Assembly: GCA_963695335.1 (NCBI GenBank)
Contig: OY968764.1
Coordinates: 448,001-512,000, forward strand
DNA length: 64,000 nt
DNA from: an uncultured bacterium
GTDB lineage: Bacteria; Babelota; Babeliae; Babelales; Vermiphilaceae
Direction of reading: 5' to 3'
Each line of letters starts with the position of its first letter. Position 1 is the first letter of the stretch. This document shows positions 62,391 to 64,000 of the stretch, piece by piece. The position numbers and the translations under genes are program-made. Under the pieces are notes generated by a model. The model worked only from the letters and a program-made list of their open reading frames with translations. It ran no database searches and was not told where the DNA came from.

Positions 62391-62433
62391 AAAGATCCCT
62401 TTTTATGGTAATTCATAAAGAGGGATCTTTTTT
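62391..62433. terminator. Bidirectional intrinsic terminator
   Basis: AAAGATCCCT ... AGGGATCTTT between convergent genes. Confidence 0.72.
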
Positions 62434-62435
62434 AA

Positions 62436-63659
62436 CTAATTTTTTGTTTCAATAATAGATTCGTCATTTTTATATTGATTGATTCTTATAAGAAATTTTT
62501 CTATTGCTTGTGTGAATAATTCTGAAGATTTTTTTGATAATGGTTCACCATTAACAATACTGTAGACTTTGCTTTGGATTTCATCAAGAATGCTATTAAT
62601 AAGCGTGATGCTAGATATAAATTCAGTACTATTACATGGTTTTTTTATAATATTAAGAGCTTCGTATACGCGTGATGTTATCTCTGAAGTAATATTTAGA
62701 TTACATAATTTTGCATTATAAAAGACATAAGAAGCCAATGTATTAAATTCATGAGACTGAGATGCATCATATTGCTGATTGCTAAGTATTATTATTATGG
62801 CTTCTTGTACACCAAAGGAGTCAAAACGACTAATGAGATTTTTGTGGTCTAATCGTCCTTTATAGAGATTATGAGCAAGCTCAATGATATCACAATTAAA
62901 GTTTTTTATAAGGAAGTTTTTTTGTGCGATAGGATCAGTAATATTGTTAGATGTAAGATATTCACTTATTTGTTTTTTAAGATGAATGAGTTCTGCATAA
63001 GCTATAGGTAAGCTTTTATGTTGTATGATAGATAAGATATTTTTTAAATCATTGGAAAATATAGATTCGTATTGTGTCATATCAATATGATCGTTGCGTG
63101 ATATATAACAATCATGAGCAGTTTGACGTACATCAAAACCATATTGTTTAATAACCCATTCTTTGATTTTAGCACCCTGAATAATATTTTTTTCTCGTGT
63201 TTGTTTTAATAATTTATACTTTAAACTTTCTAATTCTTTTGATGCTTTTTCAAGAGGGGCATGGGCGATGTGATGCAACATAGTAGTTATAGGATCAAGA
63301 TAAATTTTTTCTACTATAGCAAGGCATATCTTATCTCTAAGTTTATTTTTGTTGAGTGTTTTGCGAGTGCGGGGATATAAACGGTTGATTTTATTTAAAA
63401 GAGCATCAATATCACCTTTTTGCTGTAAAAGTATGCATTGTTCTTTATATTCCTGAATCTTCTTGCGTGATTTTGCACTCGTATGATTATCGATGTAATC
63501 TTGGCCTGTTATATCAATTATGAAGGCAGTTTCTGCTTCAATAAAGCTTTGCCACTCATCATCATTACGACCATTAGCTAAATTAGGGATGGAAACAATT
63601 GATAATGAAATGCTAGTAAAATAAATAAGAGATAAGAAATTTTGACGAAAGTATGACAT
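62436..63659 (-). CDS. Secreted helical hypothetical protein, possibly truncated or chimeric
   Basis: Signal-like N-terminus; internal repeat KQYGFDV..AHDCY.SR.DH / KNFNCDI..AHNLY.GR.DH; C-terminus shared with next gene. Confidence 0.68.
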   Translation of the reverse strand: MSYFRQNFLSLIYFTSISLSIVSIPNLANGRNDDEWQSFIEAETAFIIDITGQDYIDNHTSAKSRKKIQEYKEQCILLQQKGDIDALLNKINRLYPRTRKTLNKNKLRDKICLAIVEKIYLDPITTMLHHIAHAPLEKASKELESLKYKLLKQTREKNIIQGAKIKEWVIKQYGFDVRQTAHDCYISRNDHIDMTQYESIFSNDLKNILSIIQHKSLPIAYAELIHLKKQISEYLTSNNITDPIAQKNFLIKNFNCDIIELAHNLYKGRLDHKNLISRFDSFGVQEAIIIILSNQQYDASQSHEFNTLASYVFYNAKLCNLNITSEITSRVYEALNIIKKPCNSTEFISSITLINSILDEIQSKVYSIVNGEPLSKKSSELFTQAIEKFLIRINQYKNDESIIETKN

Positions 63660-63697
63660 GTGATTGTTCCAAAAAAATAATAATGAAGTAGTTTGGT

Positions 63698-64000
63698 TTA
63701 ATTTTTTGTTTCTATAATAAATTGATCATTTTCATGCTTGATGATTACTTCTTTGGGTTTTAGCTTACACACTTTTTCTTCCCAATCAGTAATAATTTGC
63801 ACATATTGTTTGCGAGTCATTTTTAACAAAGTTGGAATTTCTTCTTCAGAATACAAATCAGAAAGCAATATGTAATTGCCGTCTTTTTCTAATGCAGTAA
63901 GATTACCGTTGGTTGAATAACCCCAATCATCGTTAAAACCCCATTCTTTAAAAGAAGAAGGATGATAACCAACATCTGTTGCTAAAAAATGTCCCAAAAT
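63698..64000 (-). CDS. Small acidic/aromatic protein, immunity-like, partial
   Basis: Frame open to window end; FLATDV..SFKEW...SDLY...DWEE. Confidence 0.6.
   Translation of the reverse strand: MLGHFLATDVGYHPSSFKEWGFNDDWGYSTNGNLTALEKDGNYILLSDLYSEEEIPTLLKMTRKQYVQIITDWEEKVCKLKPKEVIIKHENDQFIIETKN

Overview
AT-rich bacterial chromosome segment, standard genetic code. The many Sec-signal ankyrin and orphan proteins, alongside BamD, TamB, PilB/GspE and MurJ, suggest an intracellular protist-infecting lineage such as Ca. Dependentiae (TM6); this is an inference. The core block (about 6.9-46.3 kb) holds Ku/LigD, comM, acpS, alkD, ogt, lnt, murJ, lolD, lon, cdsA, yraN, bamD, pilB/gspE, tamB, rluD, mgtE and tRNAs fMet, Lys and Glu, with two families of REP-like palindromes scattered through it. 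Accessory islands flank it. Main observations: (1) a 5.7-kb serine-recombinase/Rep/TA element in tRNA-Glu whose att site lies inside the 3' end of the recombinase gene, so integration swaps the enzyme's C-terminal tail; two further orphan tails mark sibling islands. (2) A translationally coupled run of orphan antitoxins, including one ORF apparently stitched from three different antitoxin N-termini. (3) A secreted ankyrin protein ending in a RelE-like toxin domain. (4) Many secreted proteins whose predicted mature form begins with Met. (5) REP hairpins sitting in frame inside proteins.
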